Source: Spirochaetota bacterium
GTDB taxonomy: Bacteria; Spirochaetota; UBA4802; UBA5550
Direction: 5' to 3'
Assembly (NCBI GenBank): GCA_040768125.1
Contig: JAXGNG010000003.1
Coordinates: 476,408 to 540,407, forward strand
Length of the DNA: 64,000 nt
The translations under genes were made by a program, and so were the position numbers. The first letter of the stretch is position 1. Each line of letters opens with the position of its first letter. Positions 49,634-60,272 of the stretch are shown here, one piece after another. Under the pieces are notes generated by a model. It ran no database searches. It was given only the letters and a program-made list of their open reading frames with translations, and had not been told where the DNA came from.

Positions 49634-50526
49634 TCAACCCTGGCCGCGGCGTCGCGGAGGAGGGGGAAGCCCATCTCCTCCCGGATGGCGACGTACTGCT
49701 CGGCGCAGCGCCTGGCGATGGTGCGCACCCGGGCGATGTAACCCACGCGCTCGGTCACCGAGATTGCCCCCCGGGCGTCGAGCATGTTGAAGACGTGGGA
49801 GCACTTGAGCACGTAGTCGTAGGCGGGGAGCACCACCTTCGGGGAGGGAGCGTCGAGTATGGCGAGGCATTCCTTTTCGTACAGGTCGAAGAGGGTGAAG
49901 TGCAGGGCCGTGTCCGCCAGGTTGAAGTTGTAGTGCGAAAATTCGTACTCGCTCCGGTGGTGGACGTCACGGTAGGTTATCAAATCGTTCCAGGTGATGT
50001 CGAAAACGCTGTCCTTTCCCTGGATGTACATGCATATCCGCTCGAGGCCGTAGGTGAGCTCCACTGAGACCGGGGAGAGGTCGAGGCTGCCGCACTGCTG
50101 GAAGTAGGTGAACTGCGTGATCTCCATGCCGTCGAGCCACACCTCCCACCCGAGGCCCGCGGCCCCCAGGGTGGGGGACTCCCAGTCGTCCTCGACGAAG
50201 CGCACGTCGTGCTCTTCAAGGCGGATCCCCAGGTGGCGCAGGGAGTCGAGGTACAGGTCCTGGACATCCACGGGGGAGGGCTTCAGGATCACCTGGTACT
50301 GGTAGTAGTGCTGGAGCCGGTTCGGGTTGTCGCCGTACCTTCCGTCCGTGGGGCGCCGCGAGGGCTCCACGTAGGCGACGTTCCAGGGCTCGGGCCCGAG
50401 GACGCGGAGGAACGTCGCCGGGTTGAAGGTCCCGGCCCCGACCTCCAGGTCGTAACCCTGAATCACCAGGCATCCCCGTTCCGCCCAGAATTCGTTCAGC
50501 TTCGCGATCAGGTCCTGAAAATGCAT
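49630..50526 (-). CDS. glyQ: Glycine--tRNA ligase alpha subunit
   Basis: [42 protein letters not shown] and TYGLER. Confidence 0.97.
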   Translation of the reverse strand: MHFQDLIAKLNEFWAERGCLVIQGYDLEVGAGTFNPATFLRVLGPEPWNVAYVEPSRRPTDGRYGDNPNRLQHYYQYQVILKPSPVDVQDLYLDSLRHLGIRLEEHDVRFVEDDWESPTLGAAGLGWEVWLDGMEITQFTYFQQCGSLDLSPVSVELTYGLERICMYIQGKDSVFDITWNDLITYRDVHHRSEYEFSHYNFNLADTALHFTLFDLYEKECLAILDAPSPKVVLPAYDYVLKCSHVFNMLDARGAISVTERVGYIARVRTIARRCAEQYVAIREEMGFPLLRDAAARVD

Positions 50527-50697
50527 CCCTGGCTCCTCTGCGGCCCCGGGAAAGGGGCCCGCGGCTCGTGCTTCACCCTACTACCGCCCTGGGGCGTATG
50601 CGAGTAGCCTCCCCGGAAAATGTTTTTCGTCAAGTAATTTATTGCCGGGACCGGGCGCCCCTGCCATGGGGGCGCCGCGGCCACGGAATGGGCGTTA

Positions 50698-51234
50698 TCA
50701 GGCCTCCCCCCCCAGGACGAACCCCTTCGTGGCGGGACCCGTCGACGCCGAGGTGCCCGCGATCCTCGCCAGGTAGCTCGCGCCCAGCTTCTCGATATGG
50801 TCCTTCACGTTGTCGAAGTAGTTGAGGTGCGCCTGTTCCTCGTCGATCACGGTCTCGAAGAGCTTCGCCGTGGTGCTGTCCCCGTTCTCCAGGCACACCT
50901 GGAGAAAGCCGTTATAGGCGACGATGGCGTCGTCCTCGGCCTTCGAATCCGCCGGATAGATCGCCTCCACGGCCTGGCCCTTCTCCACGGGGCCCGACAT
51001 CTCCGTCGTGGGTTCGCCCCCGAGTTCCTTGATCCGCTCCGCGAAGGCCTCGGCGTGGCGCATCTCGTCGATGGCGATCAGCTTGATGTTTTTCGCCAGC
51101 TCGCCGTAGTCCATGTCGTCAAGATTGTAATGCTGGTTCATGTACTGGTGGATCGCCTGGAGCTCCATGGCCCGCGCCCTGTTCAGGGCGTCGATCACCT
51201 TTTTTTTGCGGTCTTCCCTCGATGCCTGTGCCAT
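50698..51234 (-). CDS. bfr: Bacterioferritin (Desulfovibrio-type)
   Basis: MELQAIHQYMNQHY, AIDEMRHAE and EEQAHL; GGAGG RBS before the ATG at 51234. Confidence 0.9.
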   Translation of the reverse strand: MAQASREDRKKKVIDALNRARAMELQAIHQYMNQHYNLDDMDYGELAKNIKLIAIDEMRHAEAFAERIKELGGEPTTEMSGPVEKGQAVEAIYPADSKAEDDAIVAYNGFLQVCLENGDSTTAKLFETVIDEEQAHLNYFDNVKDHIEKLGASYLARIAGTSASTGPATKGFVLGGEA

Positions 51235-51394
51235 CCTGTTCCTCCATCTGTCCGGTATCACGGTAATGCCGCCGAAGGCCCCGCGGGTGCGGGGCGGCAA
51301 CGATACCCGAAATCATAAATAGTATAATCGATGCCGGCGATATCGTCAACCATAATAGTTGGCGGGGGCGGCGACGAGGGGGAGGCGGGGCGGC

Positions 51395-52996
51395 TCAGGC
51401 TGTGGAATCTTCCTTCGCGCAGGATTCCCTGAGGAGGGCGCGGAGCCCCTCGAAGGATTCCCTGTCCGTCAGCCTGAAGTGGCCGGTCACCTCCTCGTCG
51501 ATGAACTCGTAGCGTGACCGGCCGGCGTCGGTCTCGATCATGCAGTCGGCGAGATACACGATGAACACGGCGTTCCTCGCCGGCGCCGGTGCCATGTGGG
51601 GACGGTGGTGGAATTCGACGATCTGCGCGATAGTCTCGTTGAAATTCCATTTCCGCATGATCATCGCCCCCAGGGAGCTGTGGGAGAGGCCCAGGCTTAT
51701 TTCCTCGAGGAGGTTCGAATCCTTGATGCCCTTGAACCCGGCGAGGTCCTGGAGCGACCGGAGGAGCTTCGGTTTCAGGGAGAGCATCACGATGTAGCCT
51801 ATGTCCGCGAGAAGCGCGCCCAGGTAGGCGTGTTCCTCCTCGCCGCCTTTCTTGAACCGGGTCGAGATGGCGCGGGCGTAGGCGGCGCGTTTGTAGGAGG
51901 CCATCCATGAGGCTTCGGCGCGCTTGTAACGGCCGTCGAGGACCTTGTGGACCCCCGTGGCGAGAAGGAGCGTGCCGATCCCCTTCATGCCGATGATCTT
52001 GATGGCCTCCTCTATGGTTTCCGTTTTTTTGCTCGTGATGTAGCCCGCGGAGTTGGCGAGCCTGAGGATGGAGGTGGTGAGCCCCGGGTCCATGGTGATG
52101 GCGCCGGCGATTTCCCTGATGTCGGCCTCGGGATCGGAGCAGAGCCCCTGGATCCTCGCGATGTTTTCCGGGAAGGCCGGTATATCGTCGATCTCGCGGA
52201 GTATCTCCTCGGCGATGCGCACGCGGAACCTGCTCCGGTCCATCTGCCGGGGAATGGCGATGGCGGCCACGGTGAGTTCGTCTTTCTTGTAGAGCTTGAA
52301 GGAGCCCGGGGGCATGCCGATGTTCTTGAAAATCATGAGGGCCATGATGAGGCCGAGTCCCGCGCCCTCGGAGTCGTCGAGCACGTCGTCGAAGGCCTCG
52401 GTGATGTCGCGGTACCGGTAGGCCTTCTTGATCCGGGCGTTGATCTTCGACAGCTCGGCGTCGAGTATCGGCACGTTGTTGATCACGCTGATGTAGAGGT
52501 AGTCGTCCGTCGTCTTGAAGGAGACGCGGACCACCATGCCGGACCGGCCGAGCATCTCGGTGTACTCGTTGTTTTCCCCGTTGAAGGTCTCCTCCTTGAA
52601 GGTCTCCATCCCGGCGCGATAGTCCTCGGTTCGCGTGATGTCGAGTCCCTTGAGGCGAAAGTAGAGTCGCTTCAGGTTGGCCTTCACCGCGTTGTGGATC
52701 AGCTCCTTGACGATGTTGATGATCTGGATCTTGACGTACTCAAGGTCGTAGTGCTCGAGGTACCGGTGGATACCCTTGATGACCGCGCCTTCGGCGTCGG
52801 TGGTGAAGCTCGGGAACTGAATGAAGAAATTGGCGCGTTCGTCGATCGCCTTCATGTAGTCGGGAGGGTGGATGGTGAAGCCGTGCACCACGCCTGCGCT
52901 CAAGGCTTTGCTCCTTGTGATGGAATCGGTCGGGTAGGGCCGGATGTTCCCCTTGATAGTTACTATATCGCTCGGCAAGGTAAAATAATCAAGCAT
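51395..52996 (-). CDS. HATPase-like domain + HDOD signal transduction protein
   Basis: ELIHNAVK and EGAGLGL (N and G boxes); MDPGLTTSILRLANSA...ALLADIG...HH (HDOD). Confidence 0.8.
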   Translation of the reverse strand: MLDYFTLPSDIVTIKGNIRPYPTDSITRSKALSAGVVHGFTIHPPDYMKAIDERANFFIQFPSFTTDAEGAVIKGIHRYLEHYDLEYVKIQIINIVKELIHNAVKANLKRLYFRLKGLDITRTEDYRAGMETFKEETFNGENNEYTEMLGRSGMVVRVSFKTTDDYLYISVINNVPILDAELSKINARIKKAYRYRDITEAFDDVLDDSEGAGLGLIMALMIFKNIGMPPGSFKLYKKDELTVAAIAIPRQMDRSRFRVRIAEEILREIDDIPAFPENIARIQGLCSDPEADIREIAGAITMDPGLTTSILRLANSAGYITSKKTETIEEAIKIIGMKGIGTLLLATGVHKVLDGRYKRAEASWMASYKRAAYARAISTRFKKGGEEEHAYLGALLADIGYIVMLSLKPKLLRSLQDLAGFKGIKDSNLLEEISLGLSHSSLGAMIMRKWNFNETIAQIVEFHHRPHMAPAPARNAVFIVYLADCMIETDAGRSRYEFIDEEVTGHFRLTDRESFEGLRALLRESCAKEDSTA

Positions 52997-53259
52997 TTTG
53001 TAATTATTTAACGATAGTTAAATTATAATCAGGCGAGGCGGCGGCCATGGGGATTCTCGCCCCGCGGCATGAGCGCGGCGGAAGGATGGCCGTCGTGTCG
53101 CGCCGAAGGCCGGGGGAATTTTCCTTACGTTATTAATCTTGACAACATCCTCGATGGTTTGGCATTTTGATCCTCATGTTTATCGCGCCCGGACGCGTCC
53201 TTCCGGGGCGGTACCGTCCGCAGTTACCGCGTGCAACCATGATCGGCAGGGAGGGGCAA

Positions 53260-53718
53260 ATGAAGGGAAGAGGTGATTTCCCGAGTCTGAACACGAAACA
53301 GCCTGACGGCCTCAAGCCCGGGGGAAGGCCCTACAAGCTGATGGTCGTCGAGAACAAGGATTTTATCCGCAAGCAGATAGTGCAGATATTCGAATCGGAA
53401 AGCTACAACGTGGTGGCGACGGCGAGCAACGGCCGGGAGGCCCTGGACAAGCTCGGGAAGATCGAGGGGAAAATCGACCTCATCACCACGACGCTGGACA
53501 TGCCGATCCTCGACGGGTATGCCCTTATGCATGAACTGGCGAAAATTCCCAACCGCCCCCTGGTGGTCTTCGTGAGCGATGAAACGACCAAGGGCGTCAT
53601 GGCCGACCTCATCAAGCTCGGCGTCAGCGATTTCATACTCAAACCCATTGACCGCAGGACCATTCTCTACCGCGTTAAAAGCGTGCTCATGAAGCAGAGA
53701 ATGGCGTCATCAGAATAA
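53260..53718 (+). CDS. Single-domain response regulator, atypical (phospho-Asp replaced)
   Basis: CheY-like fold with VVENK, DLITTTLDMP and FILKP. Confidence 0.8.
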   Translation: MKGRGDFPSLNTKQPDGLKPGGRPYKLMVVENKDFIRKQIVQIFESESYNVVATASNGREALDKLGKIEGKIDLITTTLDMPILDGYALMHELAKIPNRPLVVFVSDETTKGVMADLIKLGVSDFILKPIDRRTILYRVKSVLMKQRMASSE

Positions 53719-53801
53719 AAAATCGTTGTAAAAAGTCCCTTTTAATGATCTGGTGCACCCGGGGCCGTCGTGAATCCATGGCCTCGACGGATGGTAGGTG
53801 A

Positions 53802-54872
53802 ATGTCGGAAACATTTGACCAGGCGGCGGGATCGCTGACGGACTACACCAAGAAGCTCGAGATCGCCCTCTTCTACACCAACGGCGACGAGGAGCGGGCG
53901 CGGCAGATGATCGCCGGGACGCTGCTGGACGTCTACGTCATCAAGGGCCGCTTCTCTTCGACCAGCTCCTTCGGCGCCTTTATCGCCTTCGCGAACCAGC
54001 ACTACCTCACCCTGAACAGCGTCTATGCCGTGGTAACCGACGATTTCGAGATGAAGGACATCAGGACCAGCGTCGACTGGAAGACCTTCGAGCGTGACCT
54101 CGTGGATTTTATCAGCACCCACAGCCATGACGAGGTGCTGGGAAGGCAGTTCAAGACCGTGTTCACCTCCTCCTACAACATCAATTTCGCCGGGCAGCTG
54201 AAGCGCCTTGTGGAGGAGCAGGGCGACATGGAGATCAACCGGCTCTTCCAGCAGGTGGTGCAGGACCGGATGGGCCTCCAGAGCGTGTCCATGAGCGTCG
54301 ACGTGGAGCTCGTATCCTCCCTTGACATGGAGATCTCCTCCATCACGAGCCGCAAGGCGGCGGACTACCGGAGCCAGAGCGGCGGGGGGAAGAGCGAGGA
54401 CCCCGACATCCAGATCGATCTCGACGACGACGCGGAGGCCCTCAAGGGGAAGGACATACGCCTGATCATGAACGGCAGCCTGATCCTTTCCCCCATCAGC
54501 GGGAGGGACATCAGCCTCCTCGTCGTGGGTGACCGGATACGGGTCAAGATCCTCGACACCCACAAGAGGGCCGTCCAGGTCGCGAAGGCCTTCAACGCCT
54601 ACGACGATGACGGCATCAAGCCGATCACGGGCCGCATCGTCTCGCTACGTCACCGCCGCGACGGGGGTTACACGATCTTCGCCATTGTCGCCAAGGGGAT
54701 CTACGTGAAAATCGAGGAGCTCGAGGACAACATCAAGGTGGCCATCGACACCTCCTACATGGACGCCGCGGGCGAGGAGGGCGGCCTTTCGAAGGCGGGC
54801 ATCATCATGATCGTCTGCCTGGTGGCGCTGCTCATTATCCTCGTGTCGGCCATCGTCTTCATATTCGCGTGA
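53802..54872 (+). CDS. Conserved hypothetical protein with C-terminal transmembrane anchor
   Basis: Host-like codon usage; hydrophobic C-terminus IIMIVCLVALLIILVSAIVFIFA. Confidence 0.75.
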   Translation: MSETFDQAAGSLTDYTKKLEIALFYTNGDEERARQMIAGTLLDVYVIKGRFSSTSSFGAFIAFANQHYLTLNSVYAVVTDDFEMKDIRTSVDWKTFERDLVDFISTHSHDEVLGRQFKTVFTSSYNINFAGQLKRLVEEQGDMEINRLFQQVVQDRMGLQSVSMSVDVELVSSLDMEISSITSRKAADYRSQSGGGKSEDPDIQIDLDDDAEALKGKDIRLIMNGSLILSPISGRDISLLVVGDRIRVKILDTHKRAVQVAKAFNAYDDDGIKPITGRIVSLRHRRDGGYTIFAIVAKGIYVKIEELEDNIKVAIDTSYMDAAGEEGGLSKAGIIMIVCLVALLIILVSAIVFIFA

Positions 54873-54887
54873 CCGCACCTCCCGGTC

Positions 54888-55652
54888 CTAGAAGGGATAG
54901 CGGACCGGCACGCCCCTCGACATGAGTTCCCGCTTCACCTCGGTGATCGATATTTCCCGGAAATGAAAGATGGACGCGGCGAGGACCGCGTCGGCGCCCC
55001 CCGCGGTGAGCCCCTCGTACATGTGGTCGATGGTGCCGACGCCACCCGAGGCGATGACGGGCATCGATACCGCGTCGGCGACCCGCCGGGTGAGCTCGAG
55101 GTCGTAGCCCAGCTTCGTGCCGTCCCGGTCCATGCTGGTGAGCAGTATCTCCCCCGCGCCCAGCTCCTGGACCCTGGCGGCCCAGGCGAGGGCGTCGATG
55201 TCCGTGGGCGTCCGGCCGCCGTCAAGATACACCGTCCAGCCCCCGCTCCCGTTCCTCTTCGCGTCGATGGCCACGAGGATGCACTGGGACCCGAACCTGC
55301 GCGCCGACTCGGTGATGAGGGAGGGGTTCCTCACCGCCGCGGTGTTGATGGATATCTTGTCCGCGCCGTTTTCCAGGATGAGCCGCACGTCTTCGACGGT
55401 CCTGATGCCTCCCCCCACGGTGAAAGGGATGTGCACCGTTTCCGCCACGCCCTTGACCATCTCGAGGATGATGTCGCGGCGGTCCGAGGAGGCCGTGATG
55501 TCCAGGAACACGAGCTCGTCGGCCCCCTCGGCGTCGTAGAAGCGGCCGTTCTCGACGGGGTCGCCCGCGTCGATCAGGTTGACGAAGTTCACTCCCTTCA
55601 CCACCCTTCCCTTGTCCACGTCGAGGCAGGGTATGATGCGCTTGGCGAGCAT
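54888..55652 (-). CDS. hisF: Imidazole glycerol phosphate synthase cyclase subunit
   Basis: [12 protein letters not shown]...[13 protein letters not shown]...[15 protein letters not shown]. The true gene is the last 254 aa of the 865-aa ORF. Confidence 0.96.
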   Translation of the reverse strand: MLAKRIIPCLDVDKGRVVKGVNFVNLIDAGDPVENGRFYDAEGADELVFLDITASSDRRDIILEMVKGVAETVHIPFTVGGGIRTVEDVRLILENGADKISINTAAVRNPSLITESARRFGSQCILVAIDAKRNGSGGWTVYLDGGRTPTDIDALAWAARVQELGAGEILLTSMDRDGTKLGYDLELTRRVADAVSMPVIASGGVGTIDHMYEGLTAGGADAVLAASIFHFREISITEVKRELMSRGVPVRYPF

Positions 55653-55937
55653 GGGCGGGCCACCCCTCCGAAAAATTATCGCGTTCCCCGGGGCGCTGCC
55701 ACCGGGGCGTCGCGGGTAATCCCGTGACGTTCCGCGATGCCGGCGCGTCGCCGCGTGTTCCCGGGCCGCGCTTCGCGGATGCGGTTTCAGGGAATGAACG
55801 GGAGCCGGATTTAGCAATACTTTTTTTTCCGGGAGGACACGATTCATGGCGTCCCGTTCATACGCCATGGCGCCGCGCGGTTTTATGGTTGATTTTTGCG
55901 CGTGGCGCGTGACCATTGGGGAGAAAGGGGGTGCGCC

Positions 55938-57974
55938 ATGTCGAGGGGATTTATTGTCGCGGTACTGACCCTTCCCTTGCTCGTCCTGGGATGCGCGTCG
56001 TACCGGTATTCCGTCATCGAGGTCGAGAACCGCGCGCCGCTTCCCGCGGCCAACTCCGGTTCCTTCCTTGCGGGGGCCGCCAGGGCGGATATCACCCCGC
56101 CGCCGGGCCTTCCCATGGCGGGGCACTCCCGGAACGGGGGCTTCGCCAGGGGGGTGCGCACACGCCTTTACGCCCGGGCGCTCTATCTCAAGCCGAAGTC
56201 GGGACGGCCCGTCGCCCTGGTGCAGGTCGATCTTCTTTCGGGTTCGCGCATCCTGCACCATCGCGTGGCCGAGCTCGTGGCCCCGAAGACCGATATCGAG
56301 GCGGGGGGCCTCGTCCTGGCGGCGACCCACACGCACTCCGCCCAGGGAAACTTTTTCGGGGACGCCTTTTACGACAGGATGGCCTCCCACGTGCCCGGAT
56401 TCCAGGTCCGGCTCTACGAGTTCATGGCGGAGCGGATCGCCGGGGCGGTCATCGGGGCCTACGAGGCCAGGTCCCCGGCGCGGATCGCCGCGGGCTCCGC
56501 CGCGATCGAGGGCGTGAACAGGAACCGCAGCCTCCCGGCGTACAGGAAGAACGTCGAGGTCCAGGGGACGGATCCGGGGGAGCGGGATGCGGTGAATGCC
56601 GATCTGTACATGCTGCGCGTTGACCGCGTCACCCCTTCCGGCGCGGCGGTGCCCCTCGGCGCCTTCAGCAGTTTTTCCATACACCCGAACCTGACGAACC
56701 GGGACACTGGCATGCTCTACAACGGGGACGTGGCGGCCTACGTGGAGCGCGAGGTGGAGCGGGGCATCAGGCGGCGCTATCCCGACGCGAAGGACCCGCT
56801 CCACGCCATCGCCAACCAGGTGAACGGCGACGTCACCTTCGATTACGGAAAGAAGGAACGCCTCGGGTACCCGGCCATGAGGCGGGTCGGATCCCTCATC
56901 GCAGGGAAGGCGCTGGAGCTTTTTCAGTCCCTGGGCGAAAGGATGCGCGATGATCCCCTGATCCGCTACCGCGCCATGGAGGTGGACGTGTACGGGGAGC
57001 GGCAGCTCGACGGGGAGTCCCTCTGCGAAAAACCCGCCGCGGGGCAGGCCGCCCTGGCCGGGGCGAGCGACCGTCCCTTCAAGGCCCTGAGCTGGCTCCC
57101 CGGCTTCGCCCCGGGATGGCCGAAGCGCTTTCGCACGGACACCTGCCAGGGTAAGAAAAGGATCATGGGGGGCGCCCTGCAGCACAAGGTGTTCCCCCTG
57201 CAGGAATATCCCCATCTCCTGTTCCTCCAGGCAGTTCAGGTAGACGACATGGTGCTGCTCCCCATTCCCTTCGAGGCGACCACCATGGCGGGCAGGCGCA
57301 TCGCGGAGCGCGCCCGCCGAAGCGCGGAGAAAGAGGGCCTTCCCGGCGCCCCGAGGCCCGTTGTCGTGAGCACGGCGAACGGCTACTGGGGCTACTGCAC
57401 CACGCCGGAGGAGTATGCGCTCCAGTATTACGAGGGGGGGCAGACCATCTACGGCCCCGGGACCATGGGGTTCCTCGCCGCCCATGCCGCGCGCCTGGTG
57501 GCCGACCTGCCCCGGGGGAGCGGGGGCAATCTTCCGGAGAGGTGGTCGTTCAACGTGAAAATCATGAAGGACTATTTCCCGGGGCCGGGGAATCAGGATA
57601 CGACGGTGGAAAAATCAGCCATGGGTGAACCGGGCGAGGTGGAGGCCGGCCGGAAGAGCGAGGAGCCTTTCCGCTATTTTCGCTGGCGCGATTTCCCCCC
57701 CGCTTCGATAGCGCTGCACCGGCCCCTGGTCTCCGTCGAGGAAAGCGAAGACGGCGAGACCTGGCGCGCCCTGGCCGTCGGGGGCGTCCCCGTGGACGAC
57801 GCGGGAACGGACATCGCCATCATACATTGCGGCACGAAGAAGAAAGAGGGCCATGCCCTCTACGAGGCGCGCTGGTACAATCCCGTCATGGTCGAGGGAC
57901 GGCGGTATCGGTTCAGGATACACCCGCGGCGGGGCCAGGAGCCTCTCTATTCTCAGCCCTTCACGGCCAGGTGA
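55938..57974 (+). CDS. Neutral/alkaline ceramidase-family lipoprotein
   Basis: Lipobox [26 protein letters not shown] and [13 protein letters not shown]...YEG. Confidence 0.8.
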   Translation: MSRGFIVAVLTLPLLVLGCASYRYSVIEVENRAPLPAANSGSFLAGAARADITPPPGLPMAGHSRNGGFARGVRTRLYARALYLKPKSGRPVALVQVDLLSGSRILHHRVAELVAPKTDIEAGGLVLAATHTHSAQGNFFGDAFYDRMASHVPGFQVRLYEFMAERIAGAVIGAYEARSPARIAAGSAAIEGVNRNRSLPAYRKNVEVQGTDPGERDAVNADLYMLRVDRVTPSGAAVPLGAFSSFSIHPNLTNRDTGMLYNGDVAAYVEREVERGIRRRYPDAKDPLHAIANQVNGDVTFDYGKKERLGYPAMRRVGSLIAGKALELFQSLGERMRDDPLIRYRAMEVDVYGERQLDGESLCEKPAAGQAALAGASDRPFKALSWLPGFAPGWPKRFRTDTCQGKKRIMGGALQHKVFPLQEYPHLLFLQAVQVDDMVLLPIPFEATTMAGRRIAERARRSAEKEGLPGAPRPVVVSTANGYWGYCTTPEEYALQYYEGGQTIYGPGTMGFLAAHAARLVADLPRGSGGNLPERWSFNVKIMKDYFPGPGNQDTTVEKSAMGEPGEVEAGRKSEEPFRYFRWRDFPPASIALHRPLVSVEESEDGETWRALAVGGVPVDDAGTDIAIIHCGTKKKEGHALYEARWYNPVMVEGRRYRFRIHPRRGQEPLYSQPFTAR

Positions 57975-58076
57975 GAACGCGGGGTATTGCGCCGTTCACG
58001 CTCCGCGCCGTCCGGGCAACGCCGCGGCGGGGCGCATACTCGTCGGGTCGCGGGAACCTCAGAAAGGACGGGCACC

Positions 58077-59159
58077 ATGGGGAACAGGACATCACCGGAA
58101 GATCCATTCCGGCGTTTCAGCCGGGCGCATGCAGGGAAAATCGACGCGGCGATACGTGGTTTTTTTGACGGGAAAATCACCCGCGCGGAGCTTCCCTTCA
58201 TCGGCGAGATGTACGGCCTCCTCCGGGAATACTGCGGGAGGGACGGGAAGCGGGTGCGCCCACTCGTCATGATCGCCTCCTGCCTCGGCTACGGCGGGAA
58301 CATTCCCGCCGGAAGGCTGGCGAGAATCGCCTCGGTCCTTGAACTGATGCACTCATTCCTTCTCGTCCAGGACGACATCATAGACAGGTCCGATCTCCGG
58401 CGCGGCGGGAAGTCGCTTCACCGCGCCTGCGGCGATCGCTACGGAAAGACCTCGCATAACAAACTGATAGGCAACGATATCGCCCTCATCCTCGGGGACG
58501 TCCTCATGGCGAACGCCATGGAGATACTCGGTAAGGCCGGCATCGAGTCCCGACGCGCCGGGGCCTTTTTAAAAGAGTTCGCCCGGTCCCTGGAAATCAC
58601 CGCCTGGGGGCAGATACTTGACATCATGAATTCAGGGTCGAAGAAGCCGAAGAGCCCCCGGGAAACGGCCCTGCGGATCGGCATGATGAAGACCGCGCAC
58701 TACACCGTCCATTACCCGATGCTCCTGGGCTGCATCCTGGCGGGGGCCGACTCCCCGGGGGAGAGAAAACGGATCCGGGATTTCTCCCTTCCCCTCGGGG
58801 TCGCCTTCCAGGTGCGGGACGACATCCTGGGGGTCTTCGGCAGGGAGGAGCATACGGGCAAGCCCTCGGATTCCGACATCCTCGAGGGGAAGATGACGCT
58901 CCTCGTAAGCGGCGCGATCGAGCTGCTCAGGGGGAGGGAGCGGGAGCGCTTCATCGCCCTTTTTTCAGCACCAGATAAGAGCGGACGCGATGTCGAGGCG
59001 ATTCGGGGGATCATCGCCGGGAGCGGTTCCCTGGCCATGGCGAAACGGATGCATGGGGAGAGGATACGGTCGTCCTCCCGCGCGCTGGAACGGCTCTCGA
59101 TCACCGGTCCCATGAGGCGCGTCCTCGATGGCCTCGTGGCCATCGTTTCCACACTGTAG
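58077..59159 (+). CDS. Polyprenyl diphosphate synthase (GGPP synthase-like)
   Basis: GKRVRP, QDDIIDRSDLRRG (FARM), KTAHYT and FQVRDDILG (SARM). Confidence 0.9.
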   Translation: MGNRTSPEDPFRRFSRAHAGKIDAAIRGFFDGKITRAELPFIGEMYGLLREYCGRDGKRVRPLVMIASCLGYGGNIPAGRLARIASVLELMHSFLLVQDDIIDRSDLRRGGKSLHRACGDRYGKTSHNKLIGNDIALILGDVLMANAMEILGKAGIESRRAGAFLKEFARSLEITAWGQILDIMNSGSKKPKSPRETALRIGMMKTAHYTVHYPMLLGCILAGADSPGERKRIRDFSLPLGVAFQVRDDILGVFGREEHTGKPSDSDILEGKMTLLVSGAIELLRGRERERFIALFSAPDKSGRDVEAIRGIIAGSGSLAMAKRMHGERIRSSSRALERLSITGPMRRVLDGLVAIVSTL

Positions 59160-59189
59160 GCCCCATGCCGCGGGGACCGGGAGGGCCCG

Positions 59190-59885
59190 TTATTTCATTA
59201 TAACGGTTCCGCGGATGTTGCGGTAATGATCGGGTAGCCCCAGTTTCGACCTGTCCAGCCTGCGAAAAAATATCGGGTAATCGTCCTGCCTGTCGTTCCT
59301 GAGCCAGACAATGGATCGGTATTCGAGGATGTCCCCCCGGATCTCTTCCCTCTTTTTGCGATTGTCTCCGGGAGAGGCCTTCCCGATGGGGGTGCCGCTG
59401 AACCGCCCGTCGGGTGTGCATCGGAAGATCGACAGGGTATCGCCCAGGATCACCCTGATTTCCCGCGCCTTCCATGAGTCGGGCTTCCGGAATTGCGCCG
59501 GAAACGCCAGGAAATGATCGAAGATCCATCCCTCGCGGGTCAGCTGCGTGGTGTCCCTGACATAGGCCCATCGACCCGGCAGGCCCCCGATGGTGACGGT
59601 CTCCGGATTGACATGGAGCACGATGACTTTTCTCGTGAGGGGCAGTAATGCGATAACGCGGGATTCCAGGCCGGCCCTGCTCCTGAGCTTGACGCCGTCA
59701 CCGCTGACCAGGGCGAAGCGCTGGTAGGTGGTTTCGAACTGGCCCTCCACGCACTGGCCGGAGAGGCAGCCTTCCTGCATCTCAGGAACCTCGACATCCC
59801 GGGATGTCTCTTCTGTTTTGGAGCATGCCAGGGCGCCAAGGCACGACATGACGATGATTGCAATGATCGGACGCATTCTTTTCAA
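59190..59885 (-). CDS. SH3-domain lipoprotein
   Basis: Lipobox GALAC; VKLRSRAG...GRWAYV...EGWIF is bacterial SH3-like. Confidence 0.7.
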   Translation of the reverse strand: MKRMRPIIAIIVMSCLGALACSKTEETSRDVEVPEMQEGCLSGQCVEGQFETTYQRFALVSGDGVKLRSRAGLESRVIALLPLTRKVIVLHVNPETVTIGGLPGRWAYVRDTTQLTREGWIFDHFLAFPAQFRKPDSWKAREIRVILGDTLSIFRCTPDGRFSGTPIGKASPGDNRKKREEIRGDILEYRSIVWLRNDRQDDYPIFFRRLDRSKLGLPDHYRNIRGTVIMK

Positions 59886-60272
59886 TTTCTTTCCTCCCTG
59901 AATCGGCGCTGGTTAATGGGTCCGCGGCACAACCTTTCTTTACGGAGGGGTCCGGGGGGAGGAGCCCTCTGCAGGCCCCCCGCGAGGGCGGGGGGCGGTT
60001 TCGCGCGACAGTTACAATCAGCCGGTATGCCTCATTATGTCAAGAATTTAGACGGAATAATCAATAACTCCCGGTGAGAAGGAAAAATGCGCAATAGTAA
60101 TTGAAAAAATGATCCGAAGTAATAAGGGGACCCCTGAAAATCAGATCTGGATGTTTCCTTCCGGGTACTTTCAATGGAAAAATCGGATTTTCAGCTGGTT
60201 CCATTATGAAGAATCTGATTTTTCGGGGTGCGTGCAGGTTATAACGCACCCGGTCGGCAACAGGTACGTTAC

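Noticed and set aside
54888-57485. 865-aa minus-strand ORF as a hisF fusion
   Set aside because: Only the last 254 aa are HisF. The rest is a stop-free antisense shadow of the GC-rich ceramidase gene.
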